Positions 37,020-46,242 of a DNA stretch of 56,850 bases are shown in pieces. Numbering within the stretch: the stretch's first letter is position 1; every line of letters starts with the position of its first letter. The notes under the pieces were generated by a model, which was given only the letters and a program-made list of their open reading frames with translations, was not told the DNA's origin and searched no databases. The translations under genes were made by a program, and so were the position numbers. The stretch covers positions 1 to 56,850 of the forward strand of contig CAZVTD010000001.1 of NCBI GenBank assembly GCA_964629945.1. Direction: 5' to 3'. The stretch comes from an uncultured Planctomycetota bacterium (GTDB taxonomy: Bacteria > Planctomycetota > DG-23 > DATKVD01 > CAZVTD01).

Positions 37020-38425
37020 ATGCGTGGTGCGCATTCACCCGTTCTCAGTGCTCGATTCGCCCTGGTCATCCTGTTCCTGGTTGTCGTCGGTGGCTGCACG
37101 GTCGGACCCGACTTCAAAAACCCGGCAATGGAGGTGCCCGCCGGGTGGTCCAGTCCAACAGCCTTGTCCGGAGACGCTTCCGAGCAGAGCCTGGCTCAAT
37201 GGTGGACCGTGTTTCAGGACCCCGTGTTGACGTCGCTCGTGGAGGAGGCCATCCGGGAAAACCTGGACCTGAAGATTGCCGAATCCCGCATACGCCAGGC
37301 CCGTGCCAGTCGTGCCGTTACGGCGTCTGCACTCGGACCGACCGCCGGTGGATCGGCTTCGCTTCAACACAGTGATTCCGGAGACAGTCAGTACCAGCTT
37401 GGCTTTGACGCGAACTGGGAGATGGATATCTTCGGTGGCGTAAAACGTGAGGTCGAAGCAGCCGATGCCGAACTGCTGGCGACCGTGGAGGATCGACACG
37501 ACGTTCTGGTGACCTTGACTGCTGAGGTGGCCAGGACCTACATCGAACTGCGAACGCACCAGCAAAGAATCGACATCACCCGGAAGAACCTGGAACTGCA
37601 GAAGCACAACGCTGAGCTGATACGGAAGAAGTTCGAGGGGGGCTTTGTCAGCGGATTGGACGTGGCCAGTGCAGACGCCCAGGTGGCCAACACGACGGCA
37701 CAGATTCCTCTGCTCGCCAGACCATCTACGCTCTGAGCGTCTTGCTCGGTCGCAACCCCGGTGCCTTGACCGAAAGGCTCTCAGAAACCGCGGCCATTCC
37801 TGCTTCTCCCCCCGCCGTGCCGATGGGCTTGCCCTCGGATCTCCTGCGCCGGCGTCCGGACATCCGTCGTGCCGAAGCCGACATTCACGCCGCCACCGCG
37901 CGGATCGGTGTGGCCGCCGCGGATCTGTTCCCTAAGTTCAGTTTGGGCGCCTCGCTGGGCTGGAAGTCGGACGAACCCGGCACGCTCCTCAATTCGGCCA
38001 GCCGCTTCTGGTCGTTGGGACCTTCCGTCTCCTGGACCCTGTTTGACGGCGGTCGCTCGCTGTCCCAGGTCGAGGTTCAGAAGGCCCTTGAAGAGCAGTC
38101 CGTCCTGACCTACCGCAAGACCGTTCTGGCAGCCTTGCAGGAGACGGAAGATGCCCTGATCGCATCGAGTAAGGAAGCCGAACATCGCAAGGCCCTGGAG
38201 GAAGCCCTTGCAGCCAATCGCAAAGCGGCCGAGCTGGCGACGAAGCTCTATTCCGAAGGTCAGACCGACTACCTGAACGTTTTGAGCGCTCAGCAGTCTC
38301 TCTATTCCTCCGAGGATGCTCTGGTGCAGAGCACCGCCACCCAGGCTACAGAATTGATTGCCCTGTACAAGGCCCTTGGCGGAGGTTGGCAGGAGCCTTC
38401 ACGCTCTGCTGCTAAGGACGAGTGA
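37020..38425 (+). pseudogene. outer-membrane efflux lipoprotein (NodT/OprM family), interrupted by a -1 frame change near 37700-37742
   Basis: A lipobox (LVVVGGC) and PDFKNP are followed by two half-genes in frames 0 and 2 (ORFs 36783..37736 and 37742..38425). The total length of 1406 nt is not a multiple of 3. The conserved ...QIPLL / QTIYALSVLLGRNPG junction is split across the two frames. Confidence 0.75.
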
Positions 38426-38431
38426 CGCCCA

Positions 38432-38678
38432 AAAAAGCAGTTCCCCATGCACGTGGTGACCGCCTGGCTGGGCAACAGCCCCGACATCGCCAAGAAGCAC
38501 TACCTGCAGTTGACCGGAGAACACTTCCAGAGGGCGGGCAGTGGAAGCCAACGAGAAGACCACGACACACGCCACGTTCGTTCCAATCGACCTGGTGAAC
38601 ACCGGGGACAAACTCCCGGCACCACTCCAACGCCTCATTCAGAAAGTTGCCGGCGGCAAATCAGTCCTGGCAAAATGA
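38432..38678 (+). pseudogene. tyrosine-recombinase (phage integrase) 3'-end remnant, copy 1
   Basis: FPMHVVTAWLGNSPDIAKKHYLQLTGEHFQRA is only the last conserved block of an integrase. It begins 7 nt after the OMF stop. The tail motif DKLPAPLQRLIQKVAGG is in a different frame. Confidence 0.6.
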
Positions 38679-38746
38679 TTCTGACAGCAGCCTACCGTGC
38701 CGCATGAGGTAGTCCTTCGCCAACACAAACCTTGCGCAGATCAGCT

Positions 38747-39838
38747 TCACGTGTCATGTCCCTTCGCAGCCGGACCGGCGTCAGGCATAGTCGGCCGGAC
38801 GGCTGTTGGTCGCTTGGCCCGATATCTCTCGGCCAACAGTCCGTGAAGGTGCTCCTTCTTCTCCCCAGGAAGAAAGGCTGCATCAATGCCATTCCTGGCA
38901 AGCTGGAGCATCTCGTCGGCCGTGAAGGCAAAGACTTCCTGGAGCATCACCAGTTCCTCCGTGAGGTTGCTATTGAAGAACAGCGGATCGTCCGATGAGA
39001 CCGTGACCTTGACGCCCGCATCGAAGAGACGGCGGACCGGGTGAGCCTGGATCGAGTCAACCACCCTCAGGCGATAGTTGCTCGTCGGACACATGTCGAG
39101 GGTGATGACGTGCTCGGCGAGGTAGCGCACCAGCTCCAAATCCTCTGCGGCCCTGGTGCCATGGGCAACCCGCGAGACGCCCAGGCAGCGAATGGCTTCC
39201 CAAACGCTCTCAGGGCCGGCGCCCTCGCCGGCATGGGCCCTCAAGCCAAGGCCAGCCTCGCGTGCCGTTTCAAATGCCCCTGTAAATGCCGAGGCGGCAC
39301 TGGCGGTCTCGTGCTCCAACAGATCCACACCGACCACGCCGTACCCCTTGGCGTCTATGGCCTGCCTGACGAAGCCCTGGACGGTATCGGCCAAATCGCT
39401 ACGGAACAGCCCGACGAGGATGCCGAACTCAAGGGCGCCGTCGGGGACGGCCTCGCGCCAGGCCTCGCTTATCGCGTGAGCGATCTCGCCGATCGGGACG
39501 CGGTGCGAGGCGACAGTCACCTCCACATAGATCACATTCTGGGCCCGAAGATCCTCGAATAGCTCACGAGCGATTCGCCTGTAGGTTTCGGCTGATTTCA
39601 TGACGCATGGCGACGCGGTATCGAGGAAATGGCTCAGGTCCTGGAATCGGTAGCGTTTGTCGTGCCAAAGGCTCTGGTCAAGGCGATACGAAGGCTCATC
39701 ATTTCGCCGCAGCTCCACGTACGTGTCCGGGCGTATCGCCCCTTCCAGATGAAGGTGCATCTCGACCTTCGGGATTGTCAACCCATTGATGCTCACGTGC
39801 TCGTCTCCAGCCGACGCCTCTTGCAGGCCCATATCCAC
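38747..39838 (-). CDS. adenosine/adenine deaminase family protein
   Basis: It has the metal and catalytic motifs VEMHLHLEG, HAGE and SSDDP. The start is GTG 39838 or ATG 39832. Confidence 0.85.
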   Translation of the reverse strand: MDMGLQEASAGDEHVSINGLTIPKVEMHLHLEGAIRPDTYVELRRNDEPSYRLDQSLWHDKRYRFQDLSHFLDTASPCVMKSAETYRRIARELFEDLRAQNVIYVEVTVASHRVPIGEIAHAISEAWREAVPDGALEFGILVGLFRSDLADTVQGFVRQAIDAKGYGVVGVDLLEHETASAASAFTGAFETAREAGLGLRAHAGEGAGPESVWEAIRCLGVSRVAHGTRAAEDLELVRYLAEHVITLDMCPTSNYRLRVVDSIQAHPVRRLFDAGVKVTVSSDDPLFFNSNLTEELVMLQEVFAFTADEMLQLARNGIDAAFLPGEKKEHLHGLLAERYRAKRPTAVRPTMPDAGPAAKGHDT

Positions 39839-39961
39839 CCCCGCTGTGTCACACGTCCCCGCTCCCTCTATAAACTCCCGGTGATGTTCGCGCGTATCCC
39901 CGCCCAGCCCAAGCCACCCCTTGCCGGGCAGGCGATTACTTCTGCCCGTCTGTTATGTGGC

Positions 39962-39990
39962 AAGATAAGACTATCTTGAATCCCCGTCAA
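39962..39990 (-). promoter_or_regulatory. candidate sigma-70 promoter, TTGACG-N17-TATCTT
   Basis: The minus strand reads TTGACGgggattcaagatagtctTATCTT. The -10 box is part of an AAGATA-N4-TATCTT inverted repeat. Confidence 0.3.
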
Positions 39991-40113
39991 GGCCAACGTC
40001 GCTCGAGTAGACAATCGAAAGCGAGTGAGCAGACCCCAGGGAATCCGGGTGCACCGCAGGCGGGCACAAACAGTGCCCACCACTCGTGCCACCGTGACCG
40101 CCTGTGTTGACCC

Positions 40114-40413
40114 GTGTCGCGAGATGTTCGCCCAATGGATCAACCGGGCGTAAAGGTTGAGCCGCGGGTTACAGAGCGACTGCTTCTGGGTGGGGTTTGG
40201 GCAAGGAGGCCACGAAGAAGTGTAGCAGAAAGCGCAGCACTTTTTCGCCGAAGTGGTACAAAAAGCGTAACAGCAGGCGACCGCACCGAGCGTTGGCAAT
40301 TAGCAACCGCTCTCACCGACTCTACCTTGGCTGCGGTGATGAACGCTTGGGACAAGCTGCCAGCATCACTTCAACACCTCATTCAGGAAGTCGCCAACAG
40401 CAGCCCTTCATAG
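40114..40413 (+). pseudogene. integrase 3'-tail remnant, copy 2
   Basis: The tail ..VAESAALFRRSGTKS...NAWDKLPASLQHLIQEVANS parallels copy 1 (DKLPAPLQRLIQKVAGG) and copy 3 at the DNA level. No catalytic domain is present. Confidence 0.5.
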
Positions 40414-40516
40414 CCAGCCACGCCAATGCTCGTCACTCAGGGGCGGATCAAGGACTCTTGACTAGCGTCCCAACATAGACAAGGTCTCCTACCGGTGTCC
40501 GCGTTGAGGAAAGCTG

Positions 40517-40549
40517 GCCTCTTCCCGTCTATCTACCGAGGATGTTTTC
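40517..40549 (-). repeat. 33-bp element, 29/33 identical to 22746..22778
   Basis: The plus strand reads gcctcttcccgtctatctaccgaggatgttttc. It spans the last codons (ENILGR), the stop codon and 12 nt downstream of the GltB-like gene. Confidence 0.6.
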
Positions 40550-42112
40550 GACCTCGGCAGCATCGACGTCCATCATGTAGGTGATGCCGCTGATCTCGGC
40601 GGCTTCACGTGTGAGGGCCGCCAGGTCGTCACGCGACAGGAGGTCGAGAGAGAACTTCCGGTTGCCGGCCATGAGCTGCTTGAGTCCGTGTGACAACCGC
40701 TTGTAGTAGGTGTAAAGACCGAGTGCCCCCGTCGGGATCTTCTCGAAGACGGAATCGCCCAGCTCTTTGCGCAGTCCGCTTGCCGTGATGAAGACGTCGT
40801 CGACCGAATCCCCGAAGCGCTCGATATAGACGGGAAGCTGTCGCTGCTCGATGGCCTGTCCGATTGTTTTGCCCACCATGGCTGCCGCGATGGGTGACCT
40901 GGCCATGGCGATCAGTTTCACATAAGGGGACCCCATCGCGAGCCCCTTGTAGATCTGGTCCTCCAGAATGAAGCCTCCGGCCACCGCCAGCGCGGGCAGT
41001 TTCTCGCCTTTTGCCGCCAGCCGCTCAGCATACCGGTGCAGCAGCGAATGGATCTCCACCGGAGGCATGCCCCATTCGTTCATCATGCGCCAGGGACTCA
41101 TCCCCGTGCCACCACCGGCAGCGTCCACGGTCAGCAGGTCCAGCTTGTAACGGGTTGCGAAAACAAGGGCACGCGCCAGGTCGGCAGGACGATAAGCCCC
41201 CGTCTTGAGAAAGATGTACTTCGCCCCCGCCTTGCGCAGTTCATCCACCCGCTGCGCGAACGATTCCTCCGTAATCATCCCGACACGCGAATGCCGCTCG
41301 AACTCCTTGAACGCCCCGCGCTCAAACGCCTGAATCACGGTCTCATCCGTGGGATCGGGCAGCACAATGTAACCCCGCTTGTGCAGCATCTGGGCCTTCT
41401 TGAGGTCGCGGATCTTGACCTCACCCCCGATGTTCTTGGCGCCCTGCCCCCATTTCATCTCCACGCACTCAACGCCGAGTTCCTGGATGGCGTACTCGTG
41501 CACCTTCAGACGCGTGTCTTCCACGTTGGCCTGAACCACAATCGCCCCCCAGCCGTCACGCTGGTGGTCCTGGTACAGCTTGACACGATGCTTGAGGTCC
41601 ACGGTGTCCACCACGCGCCCATCCTTGATGACCGACTGCGGGTCCATGCCGACCACGTTCTCGCCGATGGTGAGTCCGGTGCCCGAGAGCGCGGAGCCGA
41701 TTGCCAGGCCCTCCCAGTTGATCTTGGCGATGTTGGTCGAGCCGATGCCCGCGATGGTCCAGGGATATCTGAACTTGATGCCCTTGTCGTGCCCGAAACG
41801 GACCTCGAGACTGGCCGCCGGAAAGATGGCCTTGTCACTGTCCGCCTCGATGCCGTGCGCCCCCACCGCGGTTCCCATGATGTTGAAGTGGGAGTAGTCC
41901 ACGGGATAGCGCTTGTCGGCAGCGGTCGTGATGACCCCGAACGGCTGGGGATAGATCACCTCGTGGCCCCGATAGGCCGACTTGCCGATTTCGCACATGC
42001 CGATGCAGCCGTCCACACAGGTCACACACATCCCGGAAGCGGGTACAACCGAGCCCTCGGTGCGATTCTTGGTCAGCGTGGCGGCTGAGGCGTTGACGGT
42101 CGAGAATGACAT
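40529..42112 (-). CDS. FMN-binding glutamate-synthase-family protein (stand-alone GltB central-domain homolog)
   Basis: It has an N-terminal Cys cluster (CVTCVDGCIGMCEIGK) and TIM-barrel motifs (VEMKWGQGAKNIGGE, LLTVDAAGGGTGMSP, LAVAGGF). An AGGAG RBS is present. Confidence 0.8.
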   Translation of the reverse strand: MSFSTVNASAATLTKNRTEGSVVPASGMCVTCVDGCIGMCEIGKSAYRGHEVIYPQPFGVITTAADKRYPVDYSHFNIMGTAVGAHGIEADSDKAIFPAASLEVRFGHDKGIKFRYPWTIAGIGSTNIAKINWEGLAIGSALSGTGLTIGENVVGMDPQSVIKDGRVVDTVDLKHRVKLYQDHQRDGWGAIVVQANVEDTRLKVHEYAIQELGVECVEMKWGQGAKNIGGEVKIRDLKKAQMLHKRGYIVLPDPTDETVIQAFERGAFKEFERHSRVGMITEESFAQRVDELRKAGAKYIFLKTGAYRPADLARALVFATRYKLDLLTVDAAGGGTGMSPWRMMNEWGMPPVEIHSLLHRYAERLAAKGEKLPALAVAGGFILEDQIYKGLAMGSPYVKLIAMARSPIAAAMVGKTIGQAIEQRQLPVYIERFGDSVDDVFITASGLRKELGDSVFEKIPTGALGLYTYYKRLSHGLKQLMAGNRKFSLDLLSRDDLAALTREAAEISGITYMMDVDAAEVENILGR

Positions 42113-42121
42113 TGTGCTCTC

Positions 42122-42811
42122 CTATTCTGCTTTGGTAGATCCGGTCGCCCGGTCAGACGGCGGTTCCCCCGTCTTTGAGCGGGATATCTCGGGCCACTCC
42201 GTTTCGGGACTCAACCGACACGCGTCGGCACAGCCTCCGCAGATGGCCTTTTCGGGTTCGTTATAAGTACAGCGAAGCTGACAAGCTGGACAGATATACA
42301 TGCAGGCCCCACAGAATCGGCACACGTCGGAGCGAACGTCGAACGGGGTCCCGATACTTCTGGTTTCACCACGGCCTCGGAAACCGATAGCCTTCGCCGT
42401 CATCTGCTCCTCGCACATGCGCACACACAGGCCGCACAGGATGCAGTCCTCGTGCTCCTGTCGGAATCGCTGCTGGTTCACCCCATGCGCCGAGGCGAGG
42501 TCCTGAATGGTTTTGGACTGCGGACAGGAAGCCAACAGCAGTTCCAGCACCATCTTGCGGGCACGCAGAACGCGGGGCGACGTCGTCCTCACCTTCAGCC
42601 CCTTTTGGACCGGATAGGTGCAGGAAGAAACCAGCTTCGCCCCCGCTCCTTCGCCGATCTCCATTACACAAAGACGACAGGCGCCATACGGCCTCAAGCC
42701 GTCATCGTGACAAAGAGTGGGCACGCTGTAGCCGTAGAATCTTGCCGCCTCCAGCAGCGTCGTCCCTTCTTCTACGCTTACTTTCACCCCGTTCAACGTG
42801 AACTCGATCAT
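42122..42811 (-). CDS. [2Fe-2S]/[4Fe-4S] ferredoxin-like protein (NuoG / HydA N-terminal-type)
   Basis: The N-terminus MIEFTLNGVKVSVEEGTTLLEAA..VPTLCH..GACRLC is of plant-type 2Fe-2S form. It is followed by CILCGLCVRMC and CRFCGACMYICP cluster motifs. Confidence 0.8.
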   Translation of the reverse strand: MIEFTLNGVKVSVEEGTTLLEAARFYGYSVPTLCHDDGLRPYGACRLCVMEIGEGAGAKLVSSCTYPVQKGLKVRTTSPRVLRARKMVLELLLASCPQSKTIQDLASAHGVNQQRFRQEHEDCILCGLCVRMCEEQMTAKAIGFRGRGETRSIGTPFDVRSDVCRFCGACMYICPACQLRCTYNEPEKAICGGCADACRLSPETEWPEISRSKTGEPPSDRATGSTKAE

Positions 42812-42839
42812 TGCCGTCCTTCCCCGGCCAATTCAGTGC

Positions 42840-44690
42840 TCATCTCACCTCCACGGCGTCGAACTTGCAGACCGTCTTACAGGCCCCGCACTTGGTGCAT
42901 CGAGCGGAATCGATCCCGTGCTGTTTCTTCTTCTCTCCACGGATGGCATCAACGGGGCAGACTTTGACACAGCGACGACAGCCCGTGCAATTCTCATTGA
43001 TGGAATAGGTGATCAGTTCCTTGCAAACTCCGGCCGAACAGTGTTTCCTCTCGATGTGCTGGAGATATTCGTTTCGGAAATATCGCAGCGTGGAAAGCAC
43101 CGGGTTTGGGGAGGTCTGACCCAGGCCGCACATGGCCGTGTCCTTGACCACCGGAGCCAACTCCTCCAGGAGACCCAGGTGCTCGACGGTTCCCTTGCCG
43201 CTCGAAATATCATCAAGGATTTCAAACATGCGCTGCGTGCCCTTTCGGCAGGTGAAGCATTTGCCGCAGGACTCATCCTTGAGGAAATGGGTGAAGTACT
43301 TGGCAATGTCGACCATGCACGTCCGCTCGTCCATGACGATCATGCCGCCCGAGCCCATGATGCTGCCGGCTTTCGACAGGCTCTCGTAGTCAATCGTCAT
43401 GTCAAAACGGTCCGCGGGAATGCGGCCCCCTGAAGGTCCTCCCGTCTGAACCGCCTTGATGGGCACCCCGTCGGACGGACCACCTCCGATGTCATGGACG
43501 ATCTTGTCGATGGTGATCCCCATGGGGACTTCCACCAGCCCGGTGTATTTGATCTTCCCGACCAGGCTGAAGATCTTCGTCCCGGGGCTGTCCTTGGTCC
43601 CAACCCGTCTGAACTCCTGAGCGCCGCGAGTGATGATGACGGGGATGTAGGCCCAGGTCTCGCGGTTATTGATGAGCGTGGGCTTGCCCTGAATGCCTTT
43701 CTCCACCGGGAAAGGCGGCCGCTGACGCGGCTCCCCGCTCCTCCCCTCCACCGAATGGATAAGAGCGGTCTCTTCCCCGCAGACAAATGCACCGGCGCCC
43801 CTCACCAACTGGAGGTCGAAGGAGAATCCCGTTCCCAGAATGTCCGCTCCGAGGAGTCCCAGTTCACGGGCTTGGCGCAGGGCAACGTTCAAATTTCTTA
43901 CCGCCAGGGGATACTCGTCGCGAACATAGAGGACACCCTCGGCAGCCCCCGTGGCGTAGGCGCCGATGAGCATGCCTTCGATGATGCCGTGCGGATTGCC
44001 CTCCAGAAGGCTTCGGTCCATATACGCGCCAGGGTCGCCTTCGTCGCCGTTGCATACCAGGTACTTTGGACCTGATTTCTTCTGCCCGGCCAGCATCTCC
44101 CATTTCGTCCCAGTGGGAAAGCCGGCTCCGCCGCGACCGCGCAGACCTGACGCCTTTACCTCTGCCAGCACCTTCTGGGGCTCGTCCTGGTCCAGGACCT
44201 TGGCGATTCCCGAATACCCCCCCTGTTCGATGTACGTGTGAATCCGGATGGGATCCACCCTCTCGTTGCAGCTCATCAGCGTGCGCACCTGGTCTCTGAA
44301 AAAGGGCAGTTCGGACTGCTTTCTCCCCCTGGACCCCGTCACCGGATCAACGTAAAGCAGGTCCTCAACGACGTCGCCCGCTGCCGCCGCAATGACGATA
44401 CGCTCCACATCCTTGACGTTGACCTTCGGGTAGAAAATGCCTTCCGGCTCCACCAGGATGGAGGGCTCCATCTGACAGAACCCGTGACACCCGGTCACCC
44501 GAAGCGAAACCCGTTTCGTGAGCTTGTGTCGAAGGAGTTCCTTCTTCGCGGCACGGATGAGAGCGTTGGCGCCGCTGGCCTGTCCACACGTGCCGGCTGG
44601 AATCACGAGGGTGGATGTCCGTCCGGCATGCCCTTCGACGAGACGCAACCTCAGAGCATCCAGATCCTCAATGCTGGTCAGCCTGCCCAT
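42840..44690 (-). CDS. NuoF/HydB/HndC-like NAD(P)H-binding flavoprotein with extra Fe-S domains
   Basis: It has GRGGAGFPTGTKWE (FMN/NADH site) and ESCGKCFTCRKGT (N3 cluster). There is an N-terminal thioredoxin-like 2Fe-2S domain (TGCHGFCQMEP) and a C-terminal 2x[4Fe-4S] domain (CTGCRRCVKVCP, CTKCGACKTVC). Confidence 0.85.
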   Translation of the reverse strand: MGRLTSIEDLDALRLRLVEGHAGRTSTLVIPAGTCGQASGANALIRAAKKELLRHKLTKRVSLRVTGCHGFCQMEPSILVEPEGIFYPKVNVKDVERIVIAAAAGDVVEDLLYVDPVTGSRGRKQSELPFFRDQVRTLMSCNERVDPIRIHTYIEQGGYSGIAKVLDQDEPQKVLAEVKASGLRGRGGAGFPTGTKWEMLAGQKKSGPKYLVCNGDEGDPGAYMDRSLLEGNPHGIIEGMLIGAYATGAAEGVLYVRDEYPLAVRNLNVALRQARELGLLGADILGTGFSFDLQLVRGAGAFVCGEETALIHSVEGRSGEPRQRPPFPVEKGIQGKPTLINNRETWAYIPVIITRGAQEFRRVGTKDSPGTKIFSLVGKIKYTGLVEVPMGITIDKIVHDIGGGPSDGVPIKAVQTGGPSGGRIPADRFDMTIDYESLSKAGSIMGSGGMIVMDERTCMVDIAKYFTHFLKDESCGKCFTCRKGTQRMFEILDDISSGKGTVEHLGLLEELAPVVKDTAMCGLGQTSPNPVLSTLRYFRNEYLQHIERKHCSAGVCKELITYSINENCTGCRRCVKVCPVDAIRGEKKKQHGIDSARCTKCGACKTVCKFDAVEVR

Positions 44691-44705
44691 GTGGCAAATC
44701 CTGTT

Positions 44706-45602
44706 CTAAGCCCTGGCGGCTTTCGTCCGTGAAAGCTCTCGGCCGGAAAGCAGGTCCGCGGAGTCCCGACCGATGTCAAGCATATGTCCGTTGCACCCGT
44801 AACGAGCGCAGAGACGAAGTGCACAGTCCTCGCCCATCCACAACACGGCCGTGGAAGAACCGCATTCCGGACAGGACCCGTCCCGAAGCACGCTGTGCCG
44901 GCAATGCGGACAACTCAGATCCAGAACCGTCCCCTCCGGAACCGTGAGACTCGATTCCCGACGAGGATCCCCATACCGCGCGCAACACCAGAGATCTGCA
45001 CGACCTCCGTCAAGGGAAGTCTCCAGGTGAATCGAAGGATGCCCGCCGATAGGCCGCTTCGGGTCCATGAGAGATACCCCGCACGAGGGGCACGTCACGT
45101 CGACCTCGAAAGTCACCCCGGTCGGGTCCACGTCCGACCTGTCCCGTCCATTGCGGAATTTATCAACAATCTCCGTCACCTTCGCGCCGTCCACCTGGGA
45201 GAAGCAGTGCTGGTCCACCATGACGATCGGACCCAGAGCGCACGCTCCCAGACAATTCACCGTCTCCAGTGTGAACTGCCCGTCCGCCGTGGTTTCGCCG
45301 GGCTGAATGCCCAGAACGCGTGCGAGCCCGTCCCGGACGCCCCCGGCACCCCGAACGTGACAAGCCGTGCCCAGGCAGACACGCACCAGGTGCTTGCCCC
45401 GAGGCTTCAGGCTGAACGCCTTGAAGAATGTCGCCACGGCATAGACGTCCACCAGAGACCGACCGGTTCCTTCGGCAACCTTCTCCAACACCTCACGCGG
45501 AAGATATCCGTATGCCGACTGGACTTCCTGAAGAATGCCGATGAGGCCGCCGTGATCGTTCCGGTGCTTGCTCAGTATCTCATCGATCGTTTGCGGAATC
45601 AT
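44706..45602 (-). CDS. NuoE/HndA-like [2Fe-2S] protein with a ~145-aa Cys-rich C-terminal extension
   Basis: The NuoE core is VRVCLGTACHVRG..VNCLGACALGP. I trimmed the start to the ATG at 45602 (GGAG upstream). The tail contains CPSC, CPHC, CPEC and two CARYG motifs. Confidence 0.8.
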   Translation of the reverse strand: MIPQTIDEILSKHRNDHGGLIGILQEVQSAYGYLPREVLEKVAEGTGRSLVDVYAVATFFKAFSLKPRGKHLVRVCLGTACHVRGAGGVRDGLARVLGIQPGETTADGQFTLETVNCLGACALGPIVMVDQHCFSQVDGAKVTEIVDKFRNGRDRSDVDPTGVTFEVDVTCPSCGVSLMDPKRPIGGHPSIHLETSLDGGRADLWCCARYGDPRRESSLTVPEGTVLDLSCPHCRHSVLRDGSCPECGSSTAVLWMGEDCALRLCARYGCNGHMLDIGRDSADLLSGRELSRTKAARA

Positions 45603-45656
45603 ACCCGACTCCAGGCTTCTGACGCTTTCAGACGAGGGCGGACCGCACCACACCGA

Positions 45657-45947
45657 CTACTGGTACTCCTCGCAATGCCACACGCCGCTCTCCGGTTTGA
45701 GGAAGGTACAGCTGTCGAAGTTGGTGCAGTTCGCGCACAGACCTTTGATGTTGGACGCAAGACCGGGAACGGGATTCCCCCGAGCCCGGGTCTTGGGACG
45801 TGCCTGACGACCTGCTGCAACCGCCGCCATCACACACTCATATTCCTCACACTGAAGGACCGGTTGTTTAGAACCTTTCGGGTACGTGCAGGCGGCAGCG
45901 TGCCTGCAGTTCAAACATAGCCCGCGATATCCAGTGCTTTCTTCCAC
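45657..45947 (-). CDS. small Cys-rich protein with two GLCxNCx5C...CEEY repeats (function unknown)
   Basis: The repeats are GLCLNCRHAAACTYPKGSKQPVLQCEEYE and GLCANCTNFDSCTFLKPESGVWHCEEYQ. I re-set the start to GTG 45947, with GGAGG 7 nt upstream. The ATG at 46082 lies upstream of the predicted sigma-54 promoter. Confidence 0.6.
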   Translation of the reverse strand: MEESTGYRGLCLNCRHAAACTYPKGSKQPVLQCEEYECVMAAVAAGRQARPKTRARGNPVPGLASNIKGLCANCTNFDSCTFLKPESGVWHCEEYQ

Positions 45948-46026
45948 AGGTTCGCCTCCGATAGATCGCAATGCTTCGGTTCTTATGCGGGGCTTGTCGA
46001 AGCCCGCCGCTGTCGCACGTACAGTA

Positions 46027-46042
46027 AGCAAATGGCGTTCCG
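46027..46042 (-). promoter_or_regulatory. candidate sigma-54 promoter cGGAACgccatTTGCT
   Basis: The minus strand reads CGGAACGCCATTTGCT, with correct GG-N10-GC spacing and a TTGCT -12 box. It lies downstream of the bEBP gene and about 80 nt upstream of GTG 45947. Confidence 0.5.
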
Positions 46043-46212
46043 AAACCCGGATCTCGGTCCTCTGAAAGAGAGAAGTGAACAACCCGGAAGGGAAAAGGAT
46101 TCCGCAAGGTCATTTCTAACAAGGAGTTACAGCGAGGGTCACGTCTTCAGTCTCTGCAGGGAATCGCCGGACCAAACAGGAAGGACATACAGCCGGACCG
46201 GGGAATAACGCC

Positions 46213-46237
46213 CCGGTGGGGAAATCGACCCCACCGG
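46213..46237 (-). terminator. 9-bp GC-rich hairpin just after the bEBP stop (weak intrinsic terminator or bEBP site)
   Basis: CCGGTGGGG-aaatcga-CCCCACCGG begins 5 nt after the stop at 46243. The downstream T-tract is poor (GTTATT). Confidence 0.35.
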
Positions 46238-46242
46238 TGGGC

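Noticed and set aside
37700-37742. Programmed ribosomal frameshifting in the OMF gene
   Set aside because: There is no slippery heptamer or downstream structure at the frame junction, and the conserved hinge appears shortened. A mutation or sequencing error is the simpler explanation.
46150-46175. A second sigma-54-like string on the minus strand (TGGTCCGGCGATTCCCTGCA) upstream of the redox operon
   Set aside because: The GG-to-GC spacing is wrong: 15 or 10 positions instead of 11 from the second G to the G of GC. I kept only the 46027-46042 candidate.
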